A stretch of DNA of 64,000 nt from NCBI GenBank assembly GCA_015060325.1, contig SUYQ01000003.1:20528-84527 (forward strand), read 5' to 3'. Of this stretch, positions 30,145 through 40,272 are shown one piece after another. The position numbers and the translations under genes were made by a program. Position 1 is the stretch's first letter, and the number at the start of each line of letters is the position of its first letter. This DNA is from Bacteroidales bacterium (GTDB lineage Bacteria > Bacteroidota > Bacteroidia > Bacteroidales > UBA932). The notes under the pieces are model-generated. The model was not told the DNA's origin. It did not search any database and worked only from the letters and a program-made list of their open reading frames with translations.

Positions 30145-32670
30145 TCAATTTAAGTATGACTGAAGGATTTCTTCAAGTTCCTGAAGATCCGCAACCAGTA
30201 CACGCCTTGGTCTTGAGCCATCCTGTGGTCCGACGATACCGGCAGCCTCCAGCTGGTCCATAACCCTTCCAGCTCTTGCATAACCCATACCAAGTTTTCT
30301 CTGTAGGTCTGAAGTCGAACCTTTCTGAGTGGTAACAACCATACGTGCTGCATCCTCGAACATCGCATCAATGTTCTGCATGTCGATGTTACCGCCGCCG
30401 GCCTCACCGTCCTGAGCGACAGGGACAGGCAGATAATATGGAGTATTGCTACACTGCTTATAGTTTGTCTGCTGGCCGATGAAGTTGGTAATATCCTTGA
30501 TTTCCTTCATATCCACAAACGCGCACTGCACTCTTTCCATCGATACACCGGCATAGTAAAGCATATCTCCCTTACCGATCAGATTCTCAGCACCGGTCGT
30601 ATCAAGAATCGTCTTGGAATCCGCACCAGAAAGGACTCTGAAAGCAATTCGTGTCGGGAAGTTGGCCTTGATCAGACCTGTAATCACGTTCACCGAAGGA
30701 CGCTGAGTTGCGATGATCACGTGTATACCGGCTGCCCTACCCTTTTGAGCCAGGCGAATGATGGATGACTCGATATGCTTGGCTGACTTCTTGGCTTCTG
30801 CACCTGAACCACCGGCCATGACCAGATCAGCATACTCATCAATGACTACGACTAGATATGGCATGTATTTGTGACCTTCGGTCGGAAGAAGAAGACGTTT
30901 CTTATACTTCTCATTATAATTCTTGAACCCGTTCACGCCTGCATCAGCAAGAAGCTTATAACGCTCGTCCATCTCTATGCAGAGGGCATTAAGCACCTGC
31001 TCTGCCTGCTGAGGCGTCTTAACGATAGACTTTTTACGTTCATCATCCTCACTCTGAGCAGTAGGGAGCACGGCAAGGTAATGCTTGAGGAGAGATGCGT
31101 ATGCCGTAAATTCAACCATCTTAGGGTCAATGAATACAAATTTCAGCTCTGAAGGATGCTTCGCATACAGCAGAGAAGCAATGATCACGTTCAGACACAC
31201 CGACTTACCCTGCATGGTAGCACCAGCCACAAGAAGGTGCGGAGCCGATGTAAGATCGAAGGTCTTCACTTCTCTGGTAATGGTGTATCCTATAGAAATA
31301 GGCAGTTCCGCCTTTGTGTTACAGAATGATGCAGAGCTGAGCATGGTCTTCAGAGGAACAAGCGACGGCTTGTCATTAGGGACCTCAATACCCACACTGT
31401 CGTGCAGCATCACAACGCGTACACCACTGGTGCCAAGAGCAATCGCAATCTCCCTGTGCAATTTTTCAATTGAGGAAACACGGACTCCGGATGCCGGAAA
31501 GACCTTATACAAAGTAACAGTCGGGCCGACAGATGCATCAATATCAAGAATGTTGATCTTATAATTCTCCAGAGTATTACGGATCCTCCCTTTGTTTATC
31601 TCAAGTTCATTGTCACTGACAACATACTGCTTTCCCGCATAATCTCCCAGAAGATCCAGGGACGGAGCAACAAAACTTTCGAATCCCTCACGATGATCAA
31701 TAGGAGGCAACTCGGCAGTTGAGACAAGCGGATCCAAGACTGTAGCATCTGCTGCAACAGGTTCATCCTGCGGCACGGATGGCACAGGGGGCGCAGGTGG
31801 CACTGGCGGCACAGGTGATACTGGCGGCGCAGGTGATACTGGAGGCGCAGGTGGCACTGGAGGCACAGGTGGTACTGGAGGCGTTGGAGTCACTGGAGGC
31901 GTTGGAGCAGGCTCATCTGCAACAGGAAACACATGGTAGCCATAGCCTCCATCCTGATTTCCACTTTCATCCTTAGCTCCATCTTCCTTATCCTTTGCGT
32001 CCTCCTCGTCAGCATCTGCCGACATAAAGACGTCAAGATCCTTGGACATCTTGCTGCCGACCTTGTCTCCTGCATTGGCAAACCAGCTGGCAAACCGTCC
32101 ATTCACGCATAAAAGCCATACAGCAGCAAGCAGGAAGACCAGAAATCCGGTGATGATATTACCGAATGTGGCTGAAAGCATAGCGATCACAGCATGTCCG
32201 GACGCCCCGCCCAGTCCCCTGCCAAACTCAGATCCGGAACCGAAGAGCGACAGCACCATCGAGACTATAAATGCCAGACTGACAGCAATAAAGGTCAAAC
32301 GAAGAACCTTGATGTCCGATTTCCAGAAAAAGATGCGTATGGCATAGAAACCAAACAACAATATCAGAACCAGACTGCCGATTCCGAGGCAATCGGCAAT
32401 AAGGAAATGAGCCCATTTCAAACCAGCTGCACCAGCTACATTCGCAACATCATCACCTGAAACAGACGAATGGCCTATAAGACTCTGGTCCTCTTTCCAG
32501 GTGAACAGGTAAGAAACTGATGCCACCAGAGAAAAGATGACAAATATAAACAAAGCGACACCCAGACCACGGATAATCAATGCCTTCTTCTCCGGGGTCA
32601 TATTAAAGGAAGAGCCTTTTTGCCTCTTCTTGCTTTTAGCGGTTTTCTTCGTTTGCTTCTTCGCAGCCAT
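30145..32670 (-). CDS. ftsK: DNA translocase FtsK
   Basis: N-terminal 4TM region; PHLLVAGATMQGKS, VIDEYADL, LAQKGRAAGIH, gamma domain LQRKLGMGYARAGR. Confidence 0.95.
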   Translation of the reverse strand: MAAKKQTKKTAKSKKRQKGSSFNMTPEKKALIIRGLGVALFIFVIFSLVASVSYLFTWKEDQSLIGHSSVSGDDVANVAGAAGLKWAHFLIADCLGIGSLVLILLFGFYAIRIFFWKSDIKVLRLTFIAVSLAFIVSMVLSLFGSGSEFGRGLGGASGHAVIAMLSATFGNIITGFLVFLLAAVWLLCVNGRFASWFANAGDKVGSKMSKDLDVFMSADADEEDAKDKEDGAKDESGNQDGGYGYHVFPVADEPAPTPPVTPTPPVPPVPPVPPAPPVSPAPPVSPVPPVPPAPPVPSVPQDEPVAADATVLDPLVSTAELPPIDHREGFESFVAPSLDLLGDYAGKQYVVSDNELEINKGRIRNTLENYKINILDIDASVGPTVTLYKVFPASGVRVSSIEKLHREIAIALGTSGVRVVMLHDSVGIEVPNDKPSLVPLKTMLSSASFCNTKAELPISIGYTITREVKTFDLTSAPHLLVAGATMQGKSVCLNVIIASLLYAKHPSELKFVFIDPKMVEFTAYASLLKHYLAVLPTAQSEDDERKKSIVKTPQQAEQVLNALCIEMDERYKLLADAGVNGFKNYNEKYKKRLLLPTEGHKYMPYLVVVIDEYADLVMAGGSGAEAKKSAKHIESSIIRLAQKGRAAGIHVIIATQRPSVNVITGLIKANFPTRIAFRVLSGADSKTILDTTGAENLIGKGDMLYYAGVSMERVQCAFVDMKEIKDITNFIGQQTNYKQCSNTPYYLPVPVAQDGEAGGGNIDMQNIDAMFEDAARMVVTTQKGSTSDLQRKLGMGYARAGRVMDQLEAAGIVGPQDGSRPRRVLVADLQELEEILQSYLN
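31771..31915 (-). repeat. 9/18-bp coding repeat encoding a Pro-rich FtsK linker (PPVTPTPPVPPVPPVPPAPPVSP...)
   Basis: Repeated GGCACAGGTGG/TACTGG units. Confidence 0.85.
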
Positions 32671-32672
32671 GA

Positions 32673-33341
32673 CTATTTATGCTGTTTTCTGTTTTTCTGA
32701 TTATTCTTCTGTCTCTGATTCTTTCCTCCCTTAGAAGGATTTATGCCCGGACGCGAGTAGCTGGCACCGGAATCTACCTTCGTAAGCTTCAGTCCTTCCG
32801 GAACCTTGATACGGTTATTGGAAAGTCTTTCAATATCCTGAAAAATGGTTTCGTCCGAAACAGAATCCTTGTTCCAGATAAGATACTGCTGTCTCATATA
32901 GACCGCAAGAGAACGCACCATCTCAGTCCTCACATCCTCATCTTCGATAGATGCGGTAAGCTCGATTATGTTTTCAATGTTTCTTCCGTAATGAACTGCC
33001 TTGATCGGACGTTTCTCTATCGGAACCGGCAAAGGACGCTCATTCAGGCTCTCAGGAGCAGGAACCGGATATGGAGAATCCACATCCAGACTGAAATCCG
33101 AGATGATGTGAAGATGGTCCCAGAGCTTATGCTCATAATCTTCCTGAAGCTTTACAGCAGGATTTATGATCTCCATCACGCGGATCACTGCCCTGGCCTG
33201 CTCATTCCTCTTCTGACGGTCCTCTATCGTCTTGAGGTAGTCCACCATCTTCTGGACATTTCTGCCGTACTCCGGAATGTAAAGCCTCACCCTCTCGGTA
33301 TTATACAGAAGCTTACAAGTATCTATTTCCTTATTTTCCAT
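32673..33341 (-). CDS. DUF4290-family protein
   Basis: YNTER..IPEYGRNVQKM, HKLWDHLHIISDF, YLIWNKDSV. Confidence 0.85.
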   Translation of the reverse strand: MENKEIDTCKLLYNTERVRLYIPEYGRNVQKMVDYLKTIEDRQKRNEQARAVIRVMEIINPAVKLQEDYEHKLWDHLHIISDFSLDVDSPYPVPAPESLNERPLPVPIEKRPIKAVHYGRNIENIIELTASIEDEDVRTEMVRSLAVYMRQQYLIWNKDSVSDETIFQDIERLSNNRIKVPEGLKLTKVDSGASYSRPGINPSKGGKNQRQKNNQKNRKQHK

Positions 33342-33398
33342 AATTCATCAAGTATAACCACACAATCTGCAAATATACAAAATTTGCGTCATATATCA

Positions 33399-36300
33399 CT
33401 ATCTGACACTGACAATATCACCACTCTGCACGTACCAAAGATCTGCCGACAGGACATCATATCCCATTCTTTCCCACAAGGAAACATACCGGCTCAGCTG
33501 CCTCTCATACCTGCGATGGTGCCCGCCGAACTTATAATCCACTATCATCACCTTGCCATCTCGTATGACAACCCTGTCCGGACGATAGAGGCATCCGTCA
33601 GCATCAATGATCTCGACCTCGTTGAAAACACGGGAAGCATCCTCTGAAAACCATCCCTTCGCTGAAACTGAGTCAATACGGTCACGCAGCATATCCTTGA
33701 TCCCATCAACATCTTCTACAGAAATATTTCCGGCCAGCAATGCTCCCTCAACGGCAGAATCCAGATCGGAAGGAATCGTTACGGAAGCCAATATATCATG
33801 CAGCACGATTCCTTTCATACGCTGCGAAGCGGCACTTCCGGACTCTCCATCCGCATTGAAGAAATCAGCAGCATCAGCATTTATCCTAAGGCGTCCCCTC
33901 TCCAGAACCGGTCCCTCATCCTCATCTCCGGCCGGATTCAATGCCCATGAGCAGAAACGGGCAGGAAGAGGAATCATCGCAGATTCCTCATTCTCAGCTT
34001 GTCTACGAGGAATCTGCCCATAAACGAAACTCTCTTCGCCATCCTCTACGAACCCCAGCCTCATACCGTCATTCAACGCATACCAATACAGCAGTTCAGA
34101 GAAATCCTTCACCATGCTCCTGTCATACATTTGATTGCGCACAGCCTCACATACATCATCTTCCGGTATCGAAGAAACAATCTCCATACACTCAGCAGCA
34201 CGAGTCAAGGCTACATACAAGACATTGATATTATCCACATACTGCATCAGCATCTCATTTCTGTAATGCGACGAGAACAGCGTTTCCTCGCTCCTGGAAG
34301 AAAGGACCACATCGTATATACCTCCGGCAATCCCGTCGAGAGCCGTACCGCTCACATCAGGACGGCACCATTTCTTATCAAATTTATACAGCTGTATCCC
34401 CTCTGTAAACGGCACTATGACATACGGGAAGTCCAAGCCCTTGGACTTATGTACGGTCATTACCCTGACGGCATCACCAGTCTTCGGAGAACTGATGCTC
34501 TGCTTGTTTCCCTCCCAATCCTTGAGGAAAGAATGAAGGCTGTTGCCGTTCTTGGCCAGATAGTCCTTGAGGATATCCATGAACGACTGGACATACAGGA
34601 CCTCAGAGTCAAACAGGTCCTCATTGTAGTCTCTCAACTTTCTGAGCAGGTCCTCACACAGATCTATAACTGAAGGGCAATGCTCAGGAATGCTCACATC
34701 CAGATGCTCTGCCAGATAACGCGCCATGGTATCATCCGGATTGTCGATGCTCGAAAGCAACGAGACCAGCCTACGAACCGTCAGCGACGAAGAAATCTGA
34801 AGCGAATCATCCGTCACCACACGTACCTTGTTGGCAATCAGATAGGATGCGACCTCTGCTCCGACCTTGTTCCAGCGGACCAATATGGCAATGTCCTTAT
34901 ATGAGTACCCATGTTCCAGCGCAGTATTCACTGAGTTCAGAACAGCCTGCAGCTCGTCTTCCTGACTACAGAAAGTCAGTTTTACGGCACCGTCGGATCT
35001 TTTGGCAACATTCTGAGACACATCTTCATATATTCCCGAAATCACTCCCTCTCCCTTCTCATATCCGAGCTTGCTGTCAAGTACTCCGGATGCAACCTCA
35101 AAAAAGGAATTGTTGAAACGTACGATATTTCCGAAACTGCGCCAGTTGGTCTTCAGAGTATCCTCCTTCACCATGCTTCCGAAACTTCCGGAAACCTCAT
35201 CCCTGAGCAGCTTCCAGTCCGAATTCCTGAAACGGTATATGCTCTGCTTCACATCACCCACTATCAGATTGTAGAACCCGCTGTCAATGCTGTTCTTCAG
35301 CAGCGGTCGGAAATTCTCCCACTGCACATTGGATGTATCCTGGAACTCATCCAAAAGGAAATGCTCATATCTTACACCCAGCTTCTCATAGATGAACGGG
35401 GTTTCAGTCCCGTCTATGATATTCTTCAGAATACTGTTCGAATCATCCAGGCACAGTACATTCTTCTCTTTCATCAATGCTTCGAACTCACGATGAAGTT
35501 CATTGGCAATTCCGAAACCATACACCTGTCCCTTGAGCAGGAGGGCCGTATTATAGACCTTGTATTCATGATCGAACAATGATATGAAGCGGGACAACGC
35601 AGAAGTCATTTCAGAAGTGACCATTCCTTTAAAGTGGGCCTTTGCTTTCGGGAACCACTTTTCAGTATCTTCGGCATTCGCCCTGAAACTTTCAGTAATG
35701 CATGGAATCTGAGCGGAATCGGAGATGGAAAGATACTTGTTCAGGCAGTTGGACATGAAATGACGGGAAGTATCGAAAGGATCTATCCCGGCCTGTCGGA
35801 ATGCAGCACTCACATCCCCGACAGCCTCCTTCAATGCCTTCAGATAATCGTCACACACACGCTCACACCCTTCTGCAAGTCTTTGAAGATTCTCCTCACC
35901 ATATATCACATCCTCGTCCAGTCCTTCGGCCTCGACCATAGTACGATGCTCTTCACTCTTCAGTCTCATGGCTACGTTCTTCAAGAGAAAATCCAACTTA
36001 TAGCCCTCTCCCTTTTCAATCTGAGATATTGAATTATCAGTCAGCCATTTAAGTTTTTTTTCATCCTTCAGCCCGCCGGTCATCGAATCAAGTACCCTGT
36101 CTACGCTCTCGGATATGAGAGAGTTCCTGTCAAGTTCCACCTGATAAGACGCAAACTGTCCGATCTCACGAGAGAATGCCTTCAAGGTCTGCTGGAAGAA
36201 CCTGTCTATGGTACTTACTGCAAAAGCACTGTAATCATGCAGGATATTGCATAGCACAGTCCCGGCAGCCTTTCGTAGCCCGGCAGAATCAGCATAATAT

Positions 36301-36530
36301 GACGGAACGAAATCATTGTAATAGTCAGACTTCTCCGGACTGACCGCCATGGTGTGAAGTTCCTTCAGGATACGGCTCTTCATCTCCTCCGTAGCCTTGT
36401 TGGTGAACGTAACAGCCAGGATATGCCTGTATGCATACCTGTCTTCATTCTGAAGCAGGAGCATTATATATTTTCTTGCAAGAGTAAAGGTCTTGCCCGA
36501 GCCGGCTGATGCCTTAAGTATTTCTATCAT
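33399..36530 (-). CDS. UvrD-like helicase-nuclease (AddA-type)
   Basis: KASAGSGKT, TFTNKAT, LDEFQDT, VGDVKQSIYRFR, TVHKSKGL, YVALTRA; C-terminal RPDRV..IVDYKFG nuclease. Confidence 0.93.
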   Translation of the reverse strand: MIEILKASAGSGKTFTLARKYIMLLLQNEDRYAYRHILAVTFTNKATEEMKSRILKELHTMAVSPEKSDYYNDFVPSYYADSAGLRKAAGTVLCNILHDYSAFAVSTIDRFFQQTLKAFSREIGQFASYQVELDRNSLISESVDRVLDSMTGGLKDEKKLKWLTDNSISQIEKGEGYKLDFLLKNVAMRLKSEEHRTMVEAEGLDEDVIYGEENLQRLAEGCERVCDDYLKALKEAVGDVSAAFRQAGIDPFDTSRHFMSNCLNKYLSISDSAQIPCITESFRANAEDTEKWFPKAKAHFKGMVTSEMTSALSRFISLFDHEYKVYNTALLLKGQVYGFGIANELHREFEALMKEKNVLCLDDSNSILKNIIDGTETPFIYEKLGVRYEHFLLDEFQDTSNVQWENFRPLLKNSIDSGFYNLIVGDVKQSIYRFRNSDWKLLRDEVSGSFGSMVKEDTLKTNWRSFGNIVRFNNSFFEVASGVLDSKLGYEKGEGVISGIYEDVSQNVAKRSDGAVKLTFCSQEDELQAVLNSVNTALEHGYSYKDIAILVRWNKVGAEVASYLIANKVRVVTDDSLQISSSLTVRRLVSLLSSIDNPDDTMARYLAEHLDVSIPEHCPSVIDLCEDLLRKLRDYNEDLFDSEVLYVQSFMDILKDYLAKNGNSLHSFLKDWEGNKQSISSPKTGDAVRVMTVHKSKGLDFPYVIVPFTEGIQLYKFDKKWCRPDVSGTALDGIAGGIYDVVLSSRSEETLFSSHYRNEMLMQYVDNINVLYVALTRAAECMEIVSSIPEDDVCEAVRNQMYDRSMVKDFSELLYWYALNDGMRLGFVEDGEESFVYGQIPRRQAENEESAMIPLPARFCSWALNPAGDEDEGPVLERGRLRINADAADFFNADGESGSAASQRMKGIVLHDILASVTIPSDLDSAVEGALLAGNISVEDVDGIKDMLRDRIDSVSAKGWFSEDASRVFNEVEIIDADGCLYRPDRVVIRDGKVMIVDYKFGGHHRRYERQLSRYVSLWERMGYDVLSADLWYVQSGDIVSVR

Positions 36531-36544
36531 AATCCTCTTACTTT

Positions 36545-39463
36545 TTATCTGCCACAAATCATCCTGAAGTCACACCACTCGCAATTCCTGACATCTTCTG
36601 CCATCGTAAAAGGAACCTCAGGATTCCTGATTTCCGAGATCAGACGCTCAAGCCGCATGTCAAGTTCATCAGCAAAGACCGGATCCAGCGGACATATCTG
36701 CGCCGGAGCAGTAAAAAGTCCCGCTGTCGCATACATGGAATTGGACACATGCTTCATATCCGCTATTCCCTTTTCATGCAGCATCTTATCATAGATGAAG
36801 AACTGAAGGCCAGCCTTCACTTTCTTACGCTTGTCATAAGAGCCGGCAAAAATCGTATCCGCAACATCGGATGCATCCGCTGCCCCTGTCATCAGCACAG
36901 ACGGATCATCCTTACCGCTCTTGTAATCCACCATCCTGACGTCACCCCCCGGTCCCACACGGTCTATGCGGTCAGCCACACCGTAGAACTTCTGGCCATG
37001 AAGTTCCGCAGACAGAGGAATCTCCAGTCCGATTATCTCAAAGCAATCAGCTTGTCTTGATTCCAGAAGCTGCAGATCACGCTTTATCGTCTCCAGCACA
37101 TACCTCACTATAACACTGAGCGTCACAAGGTTACGGCCTACAACCTCATCCGTGCCCAGCTCAGCACACATCAGAGACTCCACCTTCCTGCGCACATCCG
37201 ATTCACGTCCAGACCAAGACCTCAAATATTCCGCAGTAACCTTCGGCATTGGAGACGGTTTCCTGTCACGCTTGTCATAGACCCTGTCACACATCATTTC
37301 CTCCTCAGAGGTAAACAACGCCCACATGGTATTGTGGTATACAGTTCCTATCATGGCAGGATCCAACGACTCGGCCACCTCCTTGTCCTTCGTCAGCCTT
37401 GCTACGGTATGGTAGTAGAAACGCATCGGGCAGTCTATGTAGTTCTGGAGCGCAGAGGCCGACAGACTGCAATCTGCAATACGTTCAAGCATTTCCGGAG
37501 TCTTTTCCACGACATGCCCTTCTTCCGAAGGCAGTCCGGGCTCAGCATCAGACACATATGTACGGACAGGCACCTGGAAATGATAGCGCACCTGCTTGAT
37601 ATACCGGCTTTCCTCCCCGTTCTTAAGTCCCTCCGTACGTGAATCATACAGCATCCATACGTTTTCGGCACGTGCTATCAGTCTATAGAAATAATATGCC
37701 CACACAGCATCCTGATACTCATATGTAGGGAGTCCGAATCCTCTCCTCAGTTCAGGAGGGATAAAAGAAGAACTGACACTCCGATGAGGGAAAACGCCCT
37801 CATTGCATGAAAGTATGACCACATTCCTGAAATCCAACGTCCTGGTCTCAAGAGGGCCCATGATCTGAAGACCCTTCAACGGCTCTCCGGAGAACGGCAC
37901 GGACACTCCTGCCAGAACAGAATCCAGCAGACGCACGTATGTGGCAGGCAGGATTTCAAGATCCATGGCATCCAACCTGTTGACAGCACACCAATATTCC
38001 TTGGCAAAGACCGTTTCCAAGGCAGTTTCTGCACTCTCGGAAAGATAAGGAGCTAGTGCAGACACCACAGTCTTCTGATATCCGGCCATTGCCTTTATCT
38101 GCTCCCTGCTGTTTGAAGACATATCCTTCACGACCGGACGGAAAATGATATCGAACAGCGGAATTCCTGCAAGATCCCGGGTAGAAATATAATATTTCGC
38201 ATCCTGCTTTATCTGAGCCATCCTTTCATGAGCCCCCTCTATACTCACCCTACGGAAAAGAGGGTTGGAGAACACGTTCCAGACATACTTATGATAGAAC
38301 TGGCACTCTTCCCCTTTATATCTCACATGAAGCTGCATCTTCATGATGTCTCCCATCAACGCCCTGAACTCGCTGGCTGACATCGGATATCCCATCGTGA
38401 CATTTATGTCTTCGATCTGCGGAGGAACAGAATTTAGCAGCGGCAAGAGAAGCGTCTCATCAGGAAGGACCACGGCGCAGTCTGACGGGTCGGCAAAAGC
38501 TCCTACCTGAGAAAGGATATCGGGCACATGCTTGACCTGTCCATAAGCAGAAGGGACACAGACAACATTAAATGAGGGCTGCCCGACGCCTTCAGCATCT
38601 ACCTCAAACGCCTGCGGATACTCCTTGACGTTCTGCGACATGAAGAAAGACGACTTGTTAAGCGGGTCCTGAATCATATCACCCGAATAATCCCAGCAGA
38701 ACTCTGCAATGTCGGCATCACGCATCCGTCCCATCACGGTCTTTTCACACTCGTTGAGTGCGTTCAGTCCGATGAACACATATGAGCTGCATCCGAATAT
38801 GCCGGACAACATATCTGCAATGGATCCCTTTCCGGCCTGATCGGCAAAATACCTGTACACCATTCCCTCATAGGCCAGCCCCTTGTCCCACAGAGCCTTG
38901 TTGAAGTCAAGATACAAAGGATACAGGATGTTCCATATATGCATGAACAGACGGCTTGCATCCTTGGCTTTCGGATTGGTGCTCCTGCCTGAGGTGCGCC
39001 CGATAAAGTGACCGGAAAACTTTTCAATCGCCTCCCTCTGCCTTTCTGTCAGATACTCGAACGAATCCTGAATATTCTTGAGATCGGACACATTCGTGAA
39101 AATCTGCTTGGGATCTGCCAGATATTTGTCCACATCATTGAAATCACCAAGCAGAATATCTCCCCAGAAGATGAAATCATCCAGAGGCTCTGCCTGAGGA
39201 TTATGCCTGACATAACTATCGTAAAGGGTCAGGAGAAGCGTAACCCTATCCGCAACCTTCATAGGTGCGGCCTCACAGAAGAAGTCACTCACCGTAAGCA
39301 GCTTAGGCACAATAAGCGGCCTACCGGACACAGCCTCAACAGCTTCAGACAGATATTTCTTGAAGAACACCATAGAACGGCGGTTAGGGAAGATGAAGCA
39401 TCTGTCTTCAATTCCCCCAATCCCATAATAGTGCTCAGCAACCTGTTTCAGAAAAGGTTTCAT
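36545..39463 (-). CDS. PD-(D/E)XK nuclease, AddB-type partner
   Basis: FIFPNRRS N-terminus; SASALQNYIDCP..FY, ADRID..VDYKSG, CEWCDFRMIC Fe-S cysteines; co-transcribed with the AddA-like gene. Confidence 0.88.
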   Translation of the reverse strand: MKPFLKQVAEHYYGIGGIEDRCFIFPNRRSMVFFKKYLSEAVEAVSGRPLIVPKLLTVSDFFCEAAPMKVADRVTLLLTLYDSYVRHNPQAEPLDDFIFWGDILLGDFNDVDKYLADPKQIFTNVSDLKNIQDSFEYLTERQREAIEKFSGHFIGRTSGRSTNPKAKDASRLFMHIWNILYPLYLDFNKALWDKGLAYEGMVYRYFADQAGKGSIADMLSGIFGCSSYVFIGLNALNECEKTVMGRMRDADIAEFCWDYSGDMIQDPLNKSSFFMSQNVKEYPQAFEVDAEGVGQPSFNVVCVPSAYGQVKHVPDILSQVGAFADPSDCAVVLPDETLLLPLLNSVPPQIEDINVTMGYPMSASEFRALMGDIMKMQLHVRYKGEECQFYHKYVWNVFSNPLFRRVSIEGAHERMAQIKQDAKYYISTRDLAGIPLFDIIFRPVVKDMSSNSREQIKAMAGYQKTVVSALAPYLSESAETALETVFAKEYWCAVNRLDAMDLEILPATYVRLLDSVLAGVSVPFSGEPLKGLQIMGPLETRTLDFRNVVILSCNEGVFPHRSVSSSFIPPELRRGFGLPTYEYQDAVWAYYFYRLIARAENVWMLYDSRTEGLKNGEESRYIKQVRYHFQVPVRTYVSDAEPGLPSEEGHVVEKTPEMLERIADCSLSASALQNYIDCPMRFYYHTVARLTKDKEVAESLDPAMIGTVYHNTMWALFTSEEEMMCDRVYDKRDRKPSPMPKVTAEYLRSWSGRESDVRRKVESLMCAELGTDEVVGRNLVTLSVIVRYVLETIKRDLQLLESRQADCFEIIGLEIPLSAELHGQKFYGVADRIDRVGPGGDVRMVDYKSGKDDPSVLMTGAADASDVADTIFAGSYDKRKKVKAGLQFFIYDKMLHEKGIADMKHVSNSMYATAGLFTAPAQICPLDPVFADELDMRLERLISEIRNPEVPFTMAEDVRNCEWCDFRMICGR

Positions 39464-39669
39464 ATAATATCGTTTCTATTTTCAACAGACAAAGGTAGCA
39501 TTCGCTTTTGCCAAATCATAGCACAACACGAAAATAATGAATAAATTAGAATTTTTCTAAATTTTTATGACATAATGTTTGGACATTTCAGTTTTTTTCA
39601 TACCTTTGCATTAGAAACAATTTAGAATTATTCAAAATTACAATTACTAACATCAAAATAATCAAAGTT

Positions 39670-39795
39670 ATGGCAAAGAAATATATATGTCTCGTATGCG
39701 GATACATCCATGAAGGTGAAACAGCTCCTGAGCAGTGTCCTGTCTGCTTTGTAGGTCCGGAAGATTTCAAGGAAGTGACAGAAGACAATGAGTAA
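39670..39795 (+). CDS. 41-aa rubredoxin-like protein, MAKKYICLVCGYIHEGETAPEQCPVCFVGPEDFKEVTEDNE
   Basis: Manual translation; two CxxC motifs; own TACCTTTG box at 39601-39608 and own terminator. Confidence 0.9.
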   Translation: MAKKYICLVCGYIHEGETAPEQCPVCFVGPEDFKEVTEDNE

Positions 39796-39797
39796 CC

Positions 39798-39828
39798 AAA
39801 AAACGCGGGAAAACATCCCGCGTTTTTT
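39798..39828. terminator. Bidirectional intrinsic terminator
   Basis: AAAAAACGCGGGA-AAACA-TCCCGCGTTTTTT. Confidence 0.9.
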
Positions 39829-39831
39829 GTT

Positions 39832-40272
39832 TTATTCGTCCTCAAATCCGAAATCCGAAGCAAAACGTTCTGCAATATCGTCAGGCACATCAAAACTGAG
39901 ATTGCTCCAGAGATCCTCCATCTGACGGCGATCCTTCTTGGTAGGGCGTCCCGCACCTCGGTCTCTTTTAAGAAAGAATGTCTCCACCGGAGCCCTTAGC
40001 TTGTCAAGTTCCTCCTGAGGGGTAAGATTTTCCGCATACAGAGGAACCAGTCTGGCACCCTGACGTTTGTCAATGAGCTGCAGGACCTTATAGGTATATG
40101 TAACTGCACCCTTGCGGGCCACTATCGTATCCCCCACCTTGACTGCCTTGGAAGGCTTGGTATCTGCTCCGTTGACACGGATCTTGCCTCCCTTGCATGC
40201 ATCAGTAGCCTCACTTCTGGTCTTGAACACGCGGATGGACCAAAGATACTTATCTATCCTTACCTCTTCCAT
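39832..40272 (-). CDS. hslR: S4-domain RNA-binding protein (Hsp15)
   Basis: RIDKYLWSIRVFKTRS, GAGRPTKKDRR. Confidence 0.9.
   Translation of the reverse strand: MEEVRIDKYLWSIRVFKTRSEATDACKGGKIRVNGADTKPSKAVKVGDTIVARKGAVTYTYKVLQLIDKRQGARLVPLYAENLTPQEELDKLRAPVETFFLKRDRGAGRPTKKDRRQMEDLWSNLSFDVPDDIAERFASDFGFEDE

Noticed and set aside
32679-33647. 322-aa antisense ORF; likewise 41767-42642, 51864-52655, 62469-63278 and many shorter track ORFs
   Set aside because: They are shadows of well-supported genes on the opposite strand and have no recognisable motifs.
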